From Desulfococcaceae bacterium HSG9 (GTDB lineage: Bacteria; Desulfobacterota; Desulfobacteria; Desulfobacterales; JAUCGF01): a stretch of 64,000 bases of DNA. The position numbers and the translations under genes were made by a program. Below the pieces are notes generated by a model. The model was given only the letters and a program-made list of their open reading frames with translations, was not told the origin of the DNA and did not search any database. Positions 46,775 to 57,233 of this stretch are shown in pieces. Location of the stretch: positions 10,542 through 74,541 of the forward strand of contig JAUCGF010000072.1 in assembly GCA_030378005.1 (NCBI GenBank), written 5' to 3'. How positions within the stretch are numbered: position 1 is the stretch's first letter; the number at the start of each line of letters is the position of its first letter.

Positions 46775-47433
46775 TTGCTGTTCACCGGCGATGAGGGGCG
46801 CAGCCTGATCAGTCATGCCATCAAAGGATTGAAAGTCCATCATTCACCGGACTGTTTCCACGTCATATATGAGATTGGCAAAGGGACTTGCGGCGCTTTG
46901 ATGTCCAAAATCAAAAAGGCTGAGAAAGAGCGCGAGAAGGCGATGAAACAGACTGCGTGGATTGAGTCCGAAAAAGAAAAGTTCGACAGTGCTGAAAAAC
47001 GGCCGAGGGGACGAAGACCCCGCTTCGAGAAAAAATCAGGCAAGCGAAATAGATAGAAAAAAAGGCCGAACAAGACTTGGAACAAGCCCGATTAAACCAT
47101 GAAACCGTTCGTAGCGCAAAGGCAGAGATCGGAGAAGTTTATCATCCATACGATCTGACAACCGGCAAACAACAAAATTCTGAAACGGTTTCCGAGCTTT
47201 TGGCAGGCTGTTTCAATAATTTTAAATCAGTACAGGAGGCAATTATGACGTGTCCACCGATCACTTCGCTGTTTTGTGATATAGTGGGTGTCGCTATCTT
47301 GAACCCCATTTCAGGAAAAACTTGTCGCCAATGCCCCATAGGCATAATTTACCATGGTTACCGCATCGAATACGGGCAGGCCAGTCACCTGCCGTACCGT
47401 ATCGGCATAAGGCGGCATGTTTGTGCACTCTAA
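46775..47433 (+). mobile_element. Possible transposase remnant, fragmented over two frames.
   Basis: Two short basic ORFs (RPRGRRPRFEKKSGKRNR; HETVRSAKAEIGEVYHPYDLTTGKQQN) with no intact gene. Location beside a pseudogene. Family not recognised. Confidence 0.25.
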
Positions 47434-48024
47434 AACGATGGCCCCGACTTCCGGGTGCGCGTTCACCAGTTTCAATGTGGTTGATTGCATTTCGCGCCGA
47501 CATTTTTTCTCATTCAGTGTCTGTTTCCCACCGATAAATACGGCGCTGAACTCCTCAGCATCTTCCATACCCACCACCGCCAGGGGATAGTCCTGAATTC
47601 CCACTCCGGCGAAATGGGCATCGGTCAGAGATTGACGGCGTGCCGTGATGATTCCGACTTTCTGATTCCTGCGGATTACCGTACCGGCCAGATGTACCTG
47701 CAACAGGCTTGATGTATAAACAGGAACGGACAGGGCCTGAACCAATTGTCTATGAAACAAAGCCAGAAAGCCGCAACTGGTGGTGATGGCTTTGACACCC
47801 TGGTCAACCAGTGCATGGCCGACATTGATAAACTCCTCGATCAATCGGGCATCCGCGTCAATGACCACCTTTTTAGGAGAGGCTCCGCTGACGGTTTCAT
47901 AAATGATGGGAAAGGAGAAGGTTTCCGGATTGCCGATATCACCGGGTATTCTCGGAAAAGTGGTCTCCAGCATCAAGATGCCGATGGCCGGTTTCTCTTG
48001 ACTGCAATGGGAATGAGCCGTCAT
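47311..48024 (-). CDS. Asp/Glu/hydantoin racemase family protein.
   Basis: IGILMLETTFPRIPGDIGNPETF N-terminus and the TTSCGF segment are typical of this family. Confidence 0.65.
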   Translation of the reverse strand: MTAHSHCSQEKPAIGILMLETTFPRIPGDIGNPETFSFPIIYETVSGASPKKVVIDADARLIEEFINVGHALVDQGVKAITTSCGFLALFHRQLVQALSVPVYTSSLLQVHLAGTVIRRNQKVGIITARRQSLTDAHFAGVGIQDYPLAVVGMEDAEEFSAVFIGGKQTLNEKKCRREMQSTTLKLVNAHPEVGAIVLECTNMPPYADTVRQVTGLPVFDAVTMVNYAYGALATSFS

Positions 48025-48044
48025 ATCGTCGAAGCCTTTTAATT

Positions 48045-48200
48045 AGTTGCTGCAAAGGATCGGCCACAGGTCAGTCCCGCAATTACCCATACCGTTTCGG
48101 GTGGCTTTCTTAATACCGTTCATGGTGGTAAAATTATTATTCAACTGGTTGCGGATAGTGCTCATAGTAACTTCTTCACACCGGCAAATCACCGTGTCAT
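48045..48200 (-). pseudogene. Remnant encoding a BFD-like [2Fe-2S]-binding domain. C-terminal fragment of an FAD-dependent oxidoreductase-like gene.
   Basis: Minus-strand peptide ICRCEEVTMSTIRNQLNN...IKKATRNGMGNCGTDLWPIL has the C.C...G.C..C BFD pattern. The upstream frame is broken by stops. Confidence 0.35.
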
Positions 48201-48411
48201 CAGGAATATCCGCATAGCAGCACGGTTACAACCGGCGCATGAGGTTAAAAAACGGCCGTATTGAACCTGTCGGCTACGCTGGCGCATTAAGGGTCTGATA
48301 AATGTGTTCCAGGTAGATGCCCAGCACCTGAGTGCCATTGAGAACTTGAATATTGCTTTTTTTATAAGTGAAGTCAGCACTCCTGATGGGTAAGTTATTT
48401 AATTCACAATA

Positions 48412-49062
48412 TCAAAAATAGTTGCTCATAAGATTGAAACGATAACGGGTGGTAAGGAATATTTTTTCGGCTTCCTGGGCGAGTTCCCTTTTACGTCGTT
48501 CAACATAATTTTCGGTTAGGTTGACTCGGAAAACAAGACTGACCCATTCGTCTTCAAGTACGGATTCATCGGATTCAACATCTTGCAAAACCCATGATTC
48601 TTCGTCATCGGAGATTCCCAGTTCCTGGAATAAGGCATCACGATTGGCACCGCCGAAATCTTCATCACTGTATTCATCAGTACTCATTTTGAGAGTATCT
48701 TTCATTTTTCTGATAACAGGAGCGGTACTCTGTTTGACAGTCATGCGGCCTTGTGCGCCTTCCAGAAAATTTTCAGTGGGCACTTTACCTAACCATTTAG
48801 ATACAGGTGGAACGGGCCGGTCGGCTCCGAATTCACATATTTCAAAATCTTCCTCACATATTTTTTCATCTTCAACCTGAAAACATATAACACGTCCCAT
48901 GTGAGTCAGCGCAATAATGGGACCTTTTTCACAAATCCCCATTGCAATAATAATTTCACCCGTATCAGGAAAACGAACTTCCATCAATTTTCTTAGTTCT
49001 GATTTTGGGGGAAGACTTTTTCGACGAGCAACACTTGGACAACTTTTAAAAAATGGGTGCAT
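48412..49062 (-). CDS. Acidic hypothetical protein.
   Basis: 216-aa ORF with an Asp/Glu-rich C-terminal half and no recognisable motif. Confidence 0.3.
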   Translation of the reverse strand: MHPFFKSCPSVARRKSLPPKSELRKLMEVRFPDTGEIIIAMGICEKGPIIALTHMGRVICFQVEDEKICEEDFEICEFGADRPVPPVSKWLGKVPTENFLEGAQGRMTVKQSTAPVIRKMKDTLKMSTDEYSDEDFGGANRDALFQELGISDDEESWVLQDVESDESVLEDEWVSLVFRVNLTENYVERRKRELAQEAEKIFLTTRYRFNLMSNYF

Positions 49063-49125
49063 TTTTACTTATCACCTGTAATATTTGCCTGGAGATATAA
49101 ACAAACCCCAGACTTTCAAATAAGG

Positions 49126-50808
49126 TTATTTGCCAGTTGAAGCCAAAGGGAAATATAATGTAGTCATCATACCATGATTCGGGTCTGATTCACAACTTAT
49201 TTTTCCGCCTATTTCTTTGACTAAATCATAGATAAGAGAAGGCTTTAAACCGCTATCGTTATTATCATAGTTCAGAATAGTTAAAAAATCGGATGAAGGG
49301 CCGGACGTTTCATTGTTCATATTGTCGCTCGTATCTCGAATACAAACCCAGGCATTTTTCCCCGCCCGTTTAGCCTCAATGTATAATGTCCCACCTGCGG
49401 CCATAGTTTCACGGGCATTATCAAATAAAACAAAAAAAATTTGATTTAGCACAGCCTCGTCACCATTTATAGGCAGCGATCCAAGTGTATCAATATGGAT
49501 ATCAATGATGTTTCCGCTCGCAGTTCGAATTGAGTTCTGTAATTGTCGAAGCAATTGTGACAAATCGGTTACTTCCCTTTGAGTATTCGCTTGTTGCCGC
49601 GACAGTTTGATCCGTTTTTCCAATCCATCGATCATTTGGGCACTTTGCTTAACCGCTTCGCCGATTTTAGCGACGTTGTCGGAGATTCCGTCAAGGCTTC
49701 CATGCCGCTTACGGATACTCTGGCTGTGAGACAAAATGCCGCTTAAATTATCTCTGAAATGATTAAGAATCTTAACTGTCTGGGTTCCTAATAGCTCCAT
49801 TTTGCGTATATAGTGAAGCTGGGATTCAATCTTTGCTTTTTCCATTGTATCTTTTGCTGTATGCGCCCATCCCACCCACTTTCCTGTATTATCGTATATT
49901 GGCGTATTAGAAACCAGAAATGTTCTTTCTATTTTTGAATGGTGTATTTCAAACATGTGAATCGTCGAATCGGAAAACATTTCAATAGACGGACACTTCT
50001 TGCAGGGAACTTTACCGCCATGAAAAACTTCATAACAATATTTGCCGATCAGCTCTTCCGCTTTGGCATTCACCGCCAGGCATGCCGCCCGATTCGCTTG
50101 AACAATTTTTCGCTCAACATCTTGAATTGTTACAATATCTCCAATAGCATCAAATGCTCTCAGCCATTGATTTTGATAATGACGTCCTTTTTGTTCGATC
50201 TGTTGCCGTTTAACGATATGATGTTTAAGCTGTCTGTTCGATAAGCTTAATTTTTGCGCCCGCTGTTTCAAATTATCCTGATGGCGTTTTAATTCAAGAT
50301 GCACAGCAACTCGTGCTTTAATAATGGAAAATTTGAAAGGTTTGATGATATAATCAATCGCTCCCAGTTTCAACCCTTTTTCTTCTTCCACAGTCTCGTC
50401 TTTAGCGGTCACAAAAATAACGGGTATGCGGCGTGTTTTTTTGCTTTGCTTTAACTTTTTACAGACCTCATAGCCATTCATGCCCGGCATAACAATATCC
50501 AGTAAAATCAGGTCGGGTTTCTCTTTAACTGCTAACTTTAAGGCTTCCTCACCATTGGAAGCCAGTATAACAGCGCAGTGTTCTTCCAAAATTTTTTCCA
50601 TAATAAGCCGGTTGTTGGGTACATCATCAACAATCAGAATTTTATGATCCGGTATTTGAACGTGAACATTTTCAGAATCAGCGTACATTTTTGTCGGAAT
50701 CGGAATCAGATCATCGCAAATCCTACATTTAAACTCATGAGATTGTGACGTGATCAATGCCGCTTCAATATAATTTCTGGTTCCGCATTCCTCACAAAAA
50801 ATGATCAT
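49126..50808 (-). CDS. Hybrid signalling protein: N-terminal Zn-ribbon, REC domain, PAS, C-terminal HK-like (HATPase) region.
   Basis: CEECGTRN...CRICDD zinc ribbon. ILIVDDVPNNRLI...DLILLDIVMPGMNG receiver. PAS-like middle. A C-terminal GHKL-like region. Confidence 0.6.
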   Translation of the reverse strand: MIIFCEECGTRNYIEAALITSQSHEFKCRICDDLIPIPTKMYADSENVHVQIPDHKILIVDDVPNNRLIMEKILEEHCAVILASNGEEALKLAVKEKPDLILLDIVMPGMNGYEVCKKLKQSKKTRRIPVIFVTAKDETVEEEKGLKLGAIDYIIKPFKFSIIKARVAVHLELKRHQDNLKQRAQKLSLSNRQLKHHIVKRQQIEQKGRHYQNQWLRAFDAIGDIVTIQDVERKIVQANRAACLAVNAKAEELIGKYCYEVFHGGKVPCKKCPSIEMFSDSTIHMFEIHHSKIERTFLVSNTPIYDNTGKWVGWAHTAKDTMEKAKIESQLHYIRKMELLGTQTVKILNHFRDNLSGILSHSQSIRKRHGSLDGISDNVAKIGEAVKQSAQMIDGLEKRIKLSRQQANTQREVTDLSQLLRQLQNSIRTASGNIIDIHIDTLGSLPINGDEAVLNQIFFVLFDNARETMAAGGTLYIEAKRAGKNAWVCIRDTSDNMNNETSGPSSDFLTILNYDNNDSGLKPSLIYDLVKEIGGKISCESDPNHGMMTTLYFPLASTGK

Positions 50809-51003
50809 AAAAATGTTATTCCTTTTAGATCAGAAAGGCTTATTATATGGTTTACTAAAATTGCTGGACGGTAAAAAGTAAACGCTTTTATTGCACGCTA
50901 TTTTTTATAAAATAGCAAGGATTATTTTCTCGACAGCTTGAAGTTTTAGGTTACAAGTTATTGTATAACATCCGATTGGCGGAATCAAATAGCGTGCAAC
51001 CAT

Positions 51004-51603
51004 CTATCGTGGAAATACCGAAATTGTATCGGTATAATAACGTTCGATTACGGATAGCAAGCGTTCAACAGCATCATTCAGACGATCATTCACGATGATA
51101 TGGCGATACTGATGGCGCATTTCCATCTCCAGAATCGCATTTTTAATGCGTTTGGCGATGATTTCCGGGCTATCTGAGGCGCGATTTTGAAGACGACTTC
51201 TGAGTTCGTCTAATGATGGCGGCATGATAAAAATTGTTACGGCTTGCGGATGGCATTTCAAAATTTGTTGCGAACCTTGTACATCAATATCAAGAAGAAC
51301 TTTGCCTCCCTTGTTAAGGATACGGTCTAAAAACGTTGCCGAAGTGCCGTAATAATTGCCATGCACCTCAGCCCATTCCGCCCATTGACTGTTGAGGATG
51401 CCGCGTTCAAATTCATCCTTGGTGATAAAATAGTAATCGGCTCCTTCCACATCTCCGGGCCGCAGTGCACGCGTGGTGTAAGAGATCGAATACACCATAT
51501 CTGTAAAACGTTCCCTTACATATCGGCAAAGCGTCGTTTTTCCGGCTCCCGAAGGTGCCGAAATTATAAACAGAACGCCTTTATCAGTCTGATTGTTTAT
51601 CAT
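51004..51603 (-). CDS. gmk: Guanylate kinase. The start at MINNQTDKG is inferred.
   Basis: [12 protein letters not shown]-loop, TTR...E..G.DY.F GMP-binding motifs, about 200 aa. Confidence 0.8.
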   Translation of the reverse strand: MINNQTDKGVLFIISAPSGAGKTTLCRYVRERFTDMVYSISYTTRALRPGDVEGADYYFITKDEFERGILNSQWAEWAEVHGNYYGTSATFLDRILNKGGKVLLDIDVQGSQQILKCHPQAVTIFIMPPSLDELRSRLQNRASDSPEIIAKRIKNAILEMEMRHQYRHIIVNDRLNDAVERLLSVIERYYTDTISVFPR

Positions 51604-51877
51604 TGTCACTGCTGTTTTTATCCAACATCGCGTAACGCTGGGAAATTGTTTCTGTCTGAATAGCGGAAAGGACGATATGATTAGAGTCCATAACGATAAG
51701 TGAACGGGTTTTACGGCCATGGGTAACATCAATAAGGCGTCGCACATCCCTGGCTTCATCTTTCAGTCTTTTCATTGGAGATGAATTAGGGGCTGCAATT
51801 GCGACGACCCGGTCGGCTCTCACCATATTGCCAAAGCCTACATTTAACAAACTTCGCTCTTTTTTTGATTTTTTCAT
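51584..51877 (-). CDS. remA: RemA/DUF370 family regulator.
   Basis: NVGFGNMV...[17 protein letters not shown]...[29 protein letters not shown] matches the RemA/YlzA family. Usual position upstream of gmk. Confidence 0.75.
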   Translation of the reverse strand: MKKSKKERSLLNVGFGNMVRADRVVAIAAPNSSPMKRLKDEARDVRRLIDVTHGRKTRSLIVMDSNHIVLSAIQTETISQRYAMLDKNSSDNDKQSD

Positions 51878-51993
51878 AATTTAATGCCTGAAAAAGGTTG
51901 ATGGAAAGTTGCGACATAGCGATTCGCAAAATCGTTTTACAATTAAAAGTGAACCACTTTTGGATTATTTTGAAAGATGCCCGTCACGGCATA

Positions 51994-52875
51994 TTATTCC
52001 ACATTCTGAACCTGTTCACGTAATTTCTCAAGTTCGGCTTTAGCATCCACGACGGTATGAGCCACATTGGCCTTTTCTGTTTTTGAACCGGTCGTATTAA
52101 ATTCACGGTTCAGTTCCTGTAGTAAGAAATTGAGCTTGCGTCCCGCGGGTTCCGGCGAATTCATAAAGTTGCGGAATTGTATCAGATGGCTTTTGATCCT
52201 GACCATTTCTTCGGTCAGATCACTTTTTTCAGCGAAAAACGCCGCTTCCTGAGCGATACGTGTATCATCAATTTCCACGATCCCCTCGGTCAGGTTTCGA
52301 ATACGCTCTTTAAGGCGTTCCTGATAAAAGGGAAACAGCCCTTGGGATTCGGTTTGAATTGTTTGGAGATAGGTTTCAAGACGACCGATACGCTTGTTAA
52401 AATCATCGCTTATAAAAGTACCTTCCCGCCGCCGCATCTCTGTTAATTTATCCAGCACCTCATCAAGGCAGGATGTTGTCAAGGTTAGCTGGGCTTCTTC
52501 ATCCGGTACTTTTTCAGCCGGCCGAATCAATCCGTTCTGACGGGTGAACATTTCGAGAGAGATGTCCCCGTTGATTTGAAAGCGCTCTTTTAATTGAAGC
52601 AAAATCGTATTTAAAGCCTCTGCTTTGGGTTCGTCAAAAGTATAGGCCACGGCTTCGTCGGAATCATCCGTAATATGAATTTTGACTTCCACGCGCCCCC
52701 GCGAAACCCGTTGCGTAATTTGTTTTTTCAGATGGCTTTCCATAAACCGGCAGGAGCGTGGCAGCCGTAAAACAATATCAAGGTAGCGATGGTTATAAGA
52801 TCGTATTTCAACATTTACGGCAATATTATTTTCCGTTTTTTCGGCGCTGGCATAAGCGGTCATGCTATTAATCAT
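51994..52875 (-). CDS. yicC: YicC/YloC family protein. The start at MINSMTAYA is inferred.
   Basis: MINSMTAYAS N-terminus and the C-terminal DUF1732-like segment (ELNREFNTTGSK). Conserved gmk-remA-yicC neighbourhood. Confidence 0.75.
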   Translation of the reverse strand: MINSMTAYASAEKTENNIAVNVEIRSYNHRYLDIVLRLPRSCRFMESHLKKQITQRVSRGRVEVKIHITDDSDEAVAYTFDEPKAEALNTILLQLKERFQINGDISLEMFTRQNGLIRPAEKVPDEEAQLTLTTSCLDEVLDKLTEMRRREGTFISDDFNKRIGRLETYLQTIQTESQGLFPFYQERLKERIRNLTEGIVEIDDTRIAQEAAFFAEKSDLTEEMVRIKSHLIQFRNFMNSPEPAGRKLNFLLQELNREFNTTGSKTEKANVAHTVVDAKAELEKLREQVQNVE

Positions 52876-53461
52876 CAGATTTCTTCTCACATTCGGCATT
52901 CGCAGTTTGGCCATTCAGCGTGTTTTTTTCACATTGCCCGGCCTTGATATCTTCCACATATTTTCGTCGCACCGCCATAAGACAAGCGAGCATCTCAGGG
53001 TCAGCGTAATCCGGATAGGTCCAAGGCAGTTTCCGAAATGCGCCTTTCTGAAAAATCAACGTCAAATCAGCATAGATGCCCTTGCCAAGATAGATGCGAT
53101 GGGCATAATTTTTACCGGTGGCTAAAATAAAACGGGAGCGCAACAGATACCCCGGATCAATATTAATTTGACGCTGACCGGCGATGGCATTTCTTTGCTC
53201 AAGTTTGTTGGTGGCAAGCTTGACATAAGCCAAAGTGTCCTGTTCAATTAACCGCTTGAACGTAATTACACGTCTTTTCAAGGGCGTCCCCATTTCGGCT
53301 TCATAATAATGGGTGTAATTGAATGGCATCCACGGGCTGACCATGTCAATCGCCCCCATCTCTTTGATCAAACCCTCCGCAATGGGTGTTATGAGTTCCG
53401 TTTGTTTCATCAAAAGACTGACGACAAGTTTAGCGGGACGAGGGGATTTGGGTAAACTCAT
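52868..53461 (-). CDS. Conserved hypothetical protein (possibly DUF4416-type).
   Basis: 197-aa ORF in the yicC operon position. Family assignment is from memory only. Confidence 0.3.
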   Translation of the reverse strand: MSLPKSPRPAKLVVSLLMKQTELITPIAEGLIKEMGAIDMVSPWMPFNYTHYYEAEMGTPLKRRVITFKRLIEQDTLAYVKLATNKLEQRNAIAGQRQINIDPGYLLRSRFILATGKNYAHRIYLGKGIYADLTLIFQKGAFRKLPWTYPDYADPEMLACLMAVRRKYVEDIKAGQCEKNTLNGQTANAECEKKSDD

Positions 53462-53543
53462 AATTCAAAGTAATCAGTAAATCAGATTTTTCAAAAAACC
53501 CGATTAAAAAAAACGGAAAATTTTTGTTAAGCCACTTAGCTTT

Positions 53544-53727
53544 CATTCAGTGTTCAATCTTTATACGGTTTGGCATCCTCAATCAGCATATTGGGAATAT
53601 CACTCTGAATTTCATACAGTAATTTGCAATGATCACAAATAAGGCCGTTTTCATCATCATTCAAATATATTTTTCCCTTACATTTGGGGCAAACCAAAAT
53701 ATCAAGCAGTTCTTTACGAATTGGCAT
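53544..53727 (-). CDS. Trm112/YcaR-family small zinc-ribbon protein. Not in the ORF track because it is below the length cutoff.
   Basis: MPIRKELLDILVCPKCKGKIYLNDDENGLICDHCKLLYEIQSDIPNMLIEDAKPY matches the L..L.CP.CKG.L......L.C..C...Y.I.DGIP.ML pattern. Confidence 0.7.
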
Positions 53728-53739
53728 ATTTTGCTTCCT

Positions 53740-54729
53740 TTATAATGTTTTCAATTCTTTGATATGTTTCAATTTTTTTTTGACACGCGCCGGAACCGGT
53801 TTTAAGCGCCAACGACGATGCACCCACATCCAATTGTCGGGTGCCATACGAATATGTTTTTCAATAATGCGGTTAAATTGGGCGGTGTTGGCAATAATAT
53901 CATCGCTGATATTTTCACTACGAACCAATTTGACAGGCGCATCAATCATAATTTTGTAACGTCCATCGGGCTGGCGGATATTAAACACCGGCAACACTTC
54001 AGCATCATAGCGGCTGGCAAACAGGGCCAGCCCTTTGTTTGTGCAGGCGGTCAGACCAAAAAAAGGGACGTAAACGCCATCATACCACGAAGCATTCTGA
54101 TCCATCAAAATACTGACAGCTTCTTTTTTTTGCAACAATTTTCCGATAGAGCGGGCGCTGCGAATTTTATCAAGTAAGATATTGCCGGTGCGTTTGCGTA
54201 ATTGTGACAACACGCGATCAACCGGTTCAAAATCAAGGGGTCTTACAAGTATATGGCTTTTGCCTTCAAATTTCAGAGTTACGGCAAGTGCCATGAGTTC
54301 CCAGTTACCAAGATGCGCGGTGAAAACCAGCACCCCTTTCCCGGATTTCCTGGCTTTGGCAATATTTTCAAGACCTTCAAAGGTCGTATATGAATCCAGA
54401 TTGCTTTTGTTTAATTGAAATAAAGATGGCAGTTCCAGTGCCACACGCGCCAGTTGGACAAACGTAGCTCGTGCAACCGTATATACCTGACGCTCATTGT
54501 ATGTCGCTGCGTATGCTCTACGAATATTATTTAACGCAATTTTACGATGCCTGCGGTCCAGCCCCCACCACAGTTTTCCCATAGGAACGGCCAATTTGAC
54601 AATCATCTGTCTAGGAAACAGCGCCCCCAATCGAACAATTATCATAATGGCCGCATAAATCAGTGTATCGGCTTTTTTTTTAAACGTATTTTTTTTGCGA
54701 TTCATTTTGATTTCCGATATTACTGCCAA
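53740..54729 (-). CDS. Lipid A late acyltransferase (LpxL/HtrB/MsbB family).
   Basis: N-terminal TM. AHLGNWE (HX4D-like). Size and the adjacent ycaR-like gene fit the lipid A context. Confidence 0.65.
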   Translation of the reverse strand: MAVISEIKMNRKKNTFKKKADTLIYAAIMIIVRLGALFPRQMIVKLAVPMGKLWWGLDRRHRKIALNNIRRAYAATYNERQVYTVARATFVQLARVALELPSLFQLNKSNLDSYTTFEGLENIAKARKSGKGVLVFTAHLGNWELMALAVTLKFEGKSHILVRPLDFEPVDRVLSQLRKRTGNILLDKIRSARSIGKLLQKKEAVSILMDQNASWYDGVYVPFFGLTACTNKGLALFASRYDAEVLPVFNIRQPDGRYKIMIDAPVKLVRSENISDDIIANTAQFNRIIEKHIRMAPDNWMWVHRRWRLKPVPARVKKKLKHIKELKTL

Positions 54730-55912
54730 TTAAAACGATTAAAAAGGCAAATAAAGCCTGATACCAGCTATGATAAATATTGCATCCCGTAATTCCCAGA
54801 ACTGATAAAACTGCCGGCCATGTAAGCAGTCCGATGCGAAAACCGCTCAAATCATTTAAAATGCGTTGAAACGCTTTTACAAACAACCAAACAAAAGCGG
54901 CAAACCCCGAAATTCCTGTGCAGGCCAATAGCATTAAAATCAAACTGTGTGCGCTGTACGCCGCGGCTTCTTTAAAGACTTGACCCGTCGGAGCGATATA
55001 AGCGCTGATCGTTCCACTTGCCGCCTTATGTTTATACGCATCCTGAAACGATGAAACGCCTACGCCAAACACGGGATGATCCAACCACAACGCATAAGAA
55101 ACTTTCCAATAATAAATGCGGTCGTAAAAGCTGGTCAGATCGAGCATGTTTTCTGAAAGAAAAAAAAGAGCTGTCACACTCGCAAGAATGATCGCCAAAA
55201 ACGCGGCAGTCATTAATGAGACTCGCTTACACACAAAATAGGCGCTGATCACAAAAATTCCTGCGGCCGCTGCCAGCAAGTCTGTGCGAATATGAATCAC
55301 CAGCAACAGGGCAAAGGCTGTAAGGCCGATAGCGATAACGGCTATTTTTTTTTGTAAGCCCAAGCCTTTATCCATCAAGCCCCAAGCCATAAAAAAAGGC
55401 GCCGCATAAGATGCCATCCCGGCGATTCGAGCGGCTTCTTTCAATTTTGCAGTATAACGCACCAGCGGTTTGCCGATTAAATCGTAGCCGCTGACATGCG
55501 CGCATAAAGTGTTTATAGCCGCCCAGATAACGCCAGCCGCCAGTCCGTAAACCAAGTATTGGGACACTGTAACGCGGCGAGCTGTATCTAAAAGCGCCAT
55601 TCCAAAGAAAAGATAGCGCATAAAAGCGATATCATGGATAAAGCCTTTGCTCCCAGGCCCGTTCACAACCACGCTGATAACAATTGTAATAAACCAGGCC
55701 GCCCAGGCAATAACCAGGGAATGGCGTCCCAAAAAACGGAAACTGTTATCATACGTTACAGCCAATCGGATAAACCAGACAACAATTACCATCGCAACAA
55801 TAAATTCAAAACCGATATTGCCAATAACCAGCCCTGCCGGTGTCAGCGCGCCGGTTATGGCGCAGGTGCGATCAAGGCGTCGCGACCATAACTGTCTTAC
55901 TTCATTGTTCAT
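54680..55912 (-). CDS. O-antigen ligase/polymerase-like polytopic membrane protein.
   Basis: About 11 TM helices, Wzy_C-like organisation, LPS gene neighbourhood. Confidence 0.45.
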   Translation of the reverse strand: MNNEVRQLWSRRLDRTCAITGALTPAGLVIGNIGFEFIVAMVIVVWFIRLAVTYDNSFRFLGRHSLVIAWAAWFITIVISVVVNGPGSKGFIHDIAFMRYLFFGMALLDTARRVTVSQYLVYGLAAGVIWAAINTLCAHVSGYDLIGKPLVRYTAKLKEAARIAGMASYAAPFFMAWGLMDKGLGLQKKIAVIAIGLTAFALLLVIHIRTDLLAAAAGIFVISAYFVCKRVSLMTAAFLAIILASVTALFFLSENMLDLTSFYDRIYYWKVSYALWLDHPVFGVGVSSFQDAYKHKAASGTISAYIAPTGQVFKEAAAYSAHSLILMLLACTGISGFAAFVWLFVKAFQRILNDLSGFRIGLLTWPAVLSVLGITGCNIYHSWYQALFAFLIVLIGSNIGNQNESQKKYV

Positions 55913-56100
55913 ACATTCTTTTCAGGATAATAGTGAGGTAGCATTGCCGTGTATATTTTATATATTGTATAAAAGATTGCGGAGCATTTTGCAACTGCTT
56001 TTCTGAATCAATTTTTATGATTTAACAGTTTACAATACATTAATTTAGGAGTAAGAGATAGCAAACTTGATTATGAACCTTCAGGCGTTATTTTCTGTAA

Positions 56101-57183
56101 ATGAACATTCTCTTTTGTAGCGAAGGCTTTATCATTGATGGTGTGGCCTCTTATAATCTTTATTTATCCGGCACTTTAAAACAGGCCGGTCACAACGTCG
56201 CTATTATTGGGCGTTGGGCCCCCGGGGGATTTCAAAAACGTCATCGCCAGGCCGGTGTTAGGGTGATTCAATGTCCTTCATTGACAGTCAATCACCCATG
56301 GTTCATAAGACAGGCCCGTAAATTTGCACCGGATGTTATTATCACAGATGCACGCCGATCTTTTCCGCTGTCTCAACGCATTCAAAAACAGACCGGTGCC
56401 AAGGTGATTACGGTATTTCACGATCCGCCCCAACCGGATAAAACCGGAATACGGGGTGTTGAAGCGCTTGCTGGCGGCAGTGATGCCTGGGTCACATCGG
56501 AAGAATCAATTTACCAGGAATTGCTAACGCTCAAATCTGATCTGCCGGTCAAACTGATTCAAAGACCCATAACCGGTGTGGTTCAATGCACTGCTTTGCC
56601 GCCCAAAGATCCGTTTCGGGTTTTATGTATCGGACGGTTAAGTAAATGGAAAGCCCCGGGATTTCGTGCAATTGTTGAAAATGCGTCTGAATTGAAAAAA
56701 GCGATTCCATCTTTGCAAATTGATATTTTGGGAGGTGGTCGCCGTCGTGTCAGTTTTTGGATGGCCGCTATGCAAGGCAATCGACGTCAGGCGGAAACCT
56801 ATATTCATATTCGTGGTGCTACGACCGATACGCAGTCCTGGATTCAAAAAGCCAACTTGGTGTGCGCCGGGGCCACTTCGGCTGTGGAAGCCATCTTAAG
56901 TGACCGGCCGGTGTTGGCTTTCAGCGGATTTTGGATCGGACTAATCACCGCCGCAAATCTGGAAAACGCCGCGGCCACTCATTTCGGTGAACGCCAAGGC
57001 GCTTTTTATGTAAGAGAGCAACCCGAAATTATTTGTCAGAGCATCATTGAATCATACAATCAATGGCAAGAAAAACTGATGGCACAGCATGTTAAAACGG
57101 TCAGGCAAAAATTGACGCCCCTATATGACGCTAATGCTGTGGCTCGACAATTTAAATGTCTGTTTCTCGGTTTCAATAATTGA
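56101..57183 (+). CDS. Glycosyltransferase (GT1/GT4-like).
   Basis: Rossmann-like halves. C-terminal ...GATSAVEAILSDRPVLAFSG resembles the GT1 EA...G.PV motif. Confidence 0.4.
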   Translation: MNILFCSEGFIIDGVASYNLYLSGTLKQAGHNVAIIGRWAPGGFQKRHRQAGVRVIQCPSLTVNHPWFIRQARKFAPDVIITDARRSFPLSQRIQKQTGAKVITVFHDPPQPDKTGIRGVEALAGGSDAWVTSEESIYQELLTLKSDLPVKLIQRPITGVVQCTALPPKDPFRVLCIGRLSKWKAPGFRAIVENASELKKAIPSLQIDILGGGRRRVSFWMAAMQGNRRQAETYIHIRGATTDTQSWIQKANLVCAGATSAVEAILSDRPVLAFSGFWIGLITAANLENAAATHFGERQGAFYVREQPEIICQSIIESYNQWQEKLMAQHVKTVRQKLTPLYDANAVARQFKCLFLGFNN

Positions 57184-57233
57184 AAACTTATTAAATTCGA
57201 CGTTCGACGTCGGACGTCCATTGAGGTCTTATT

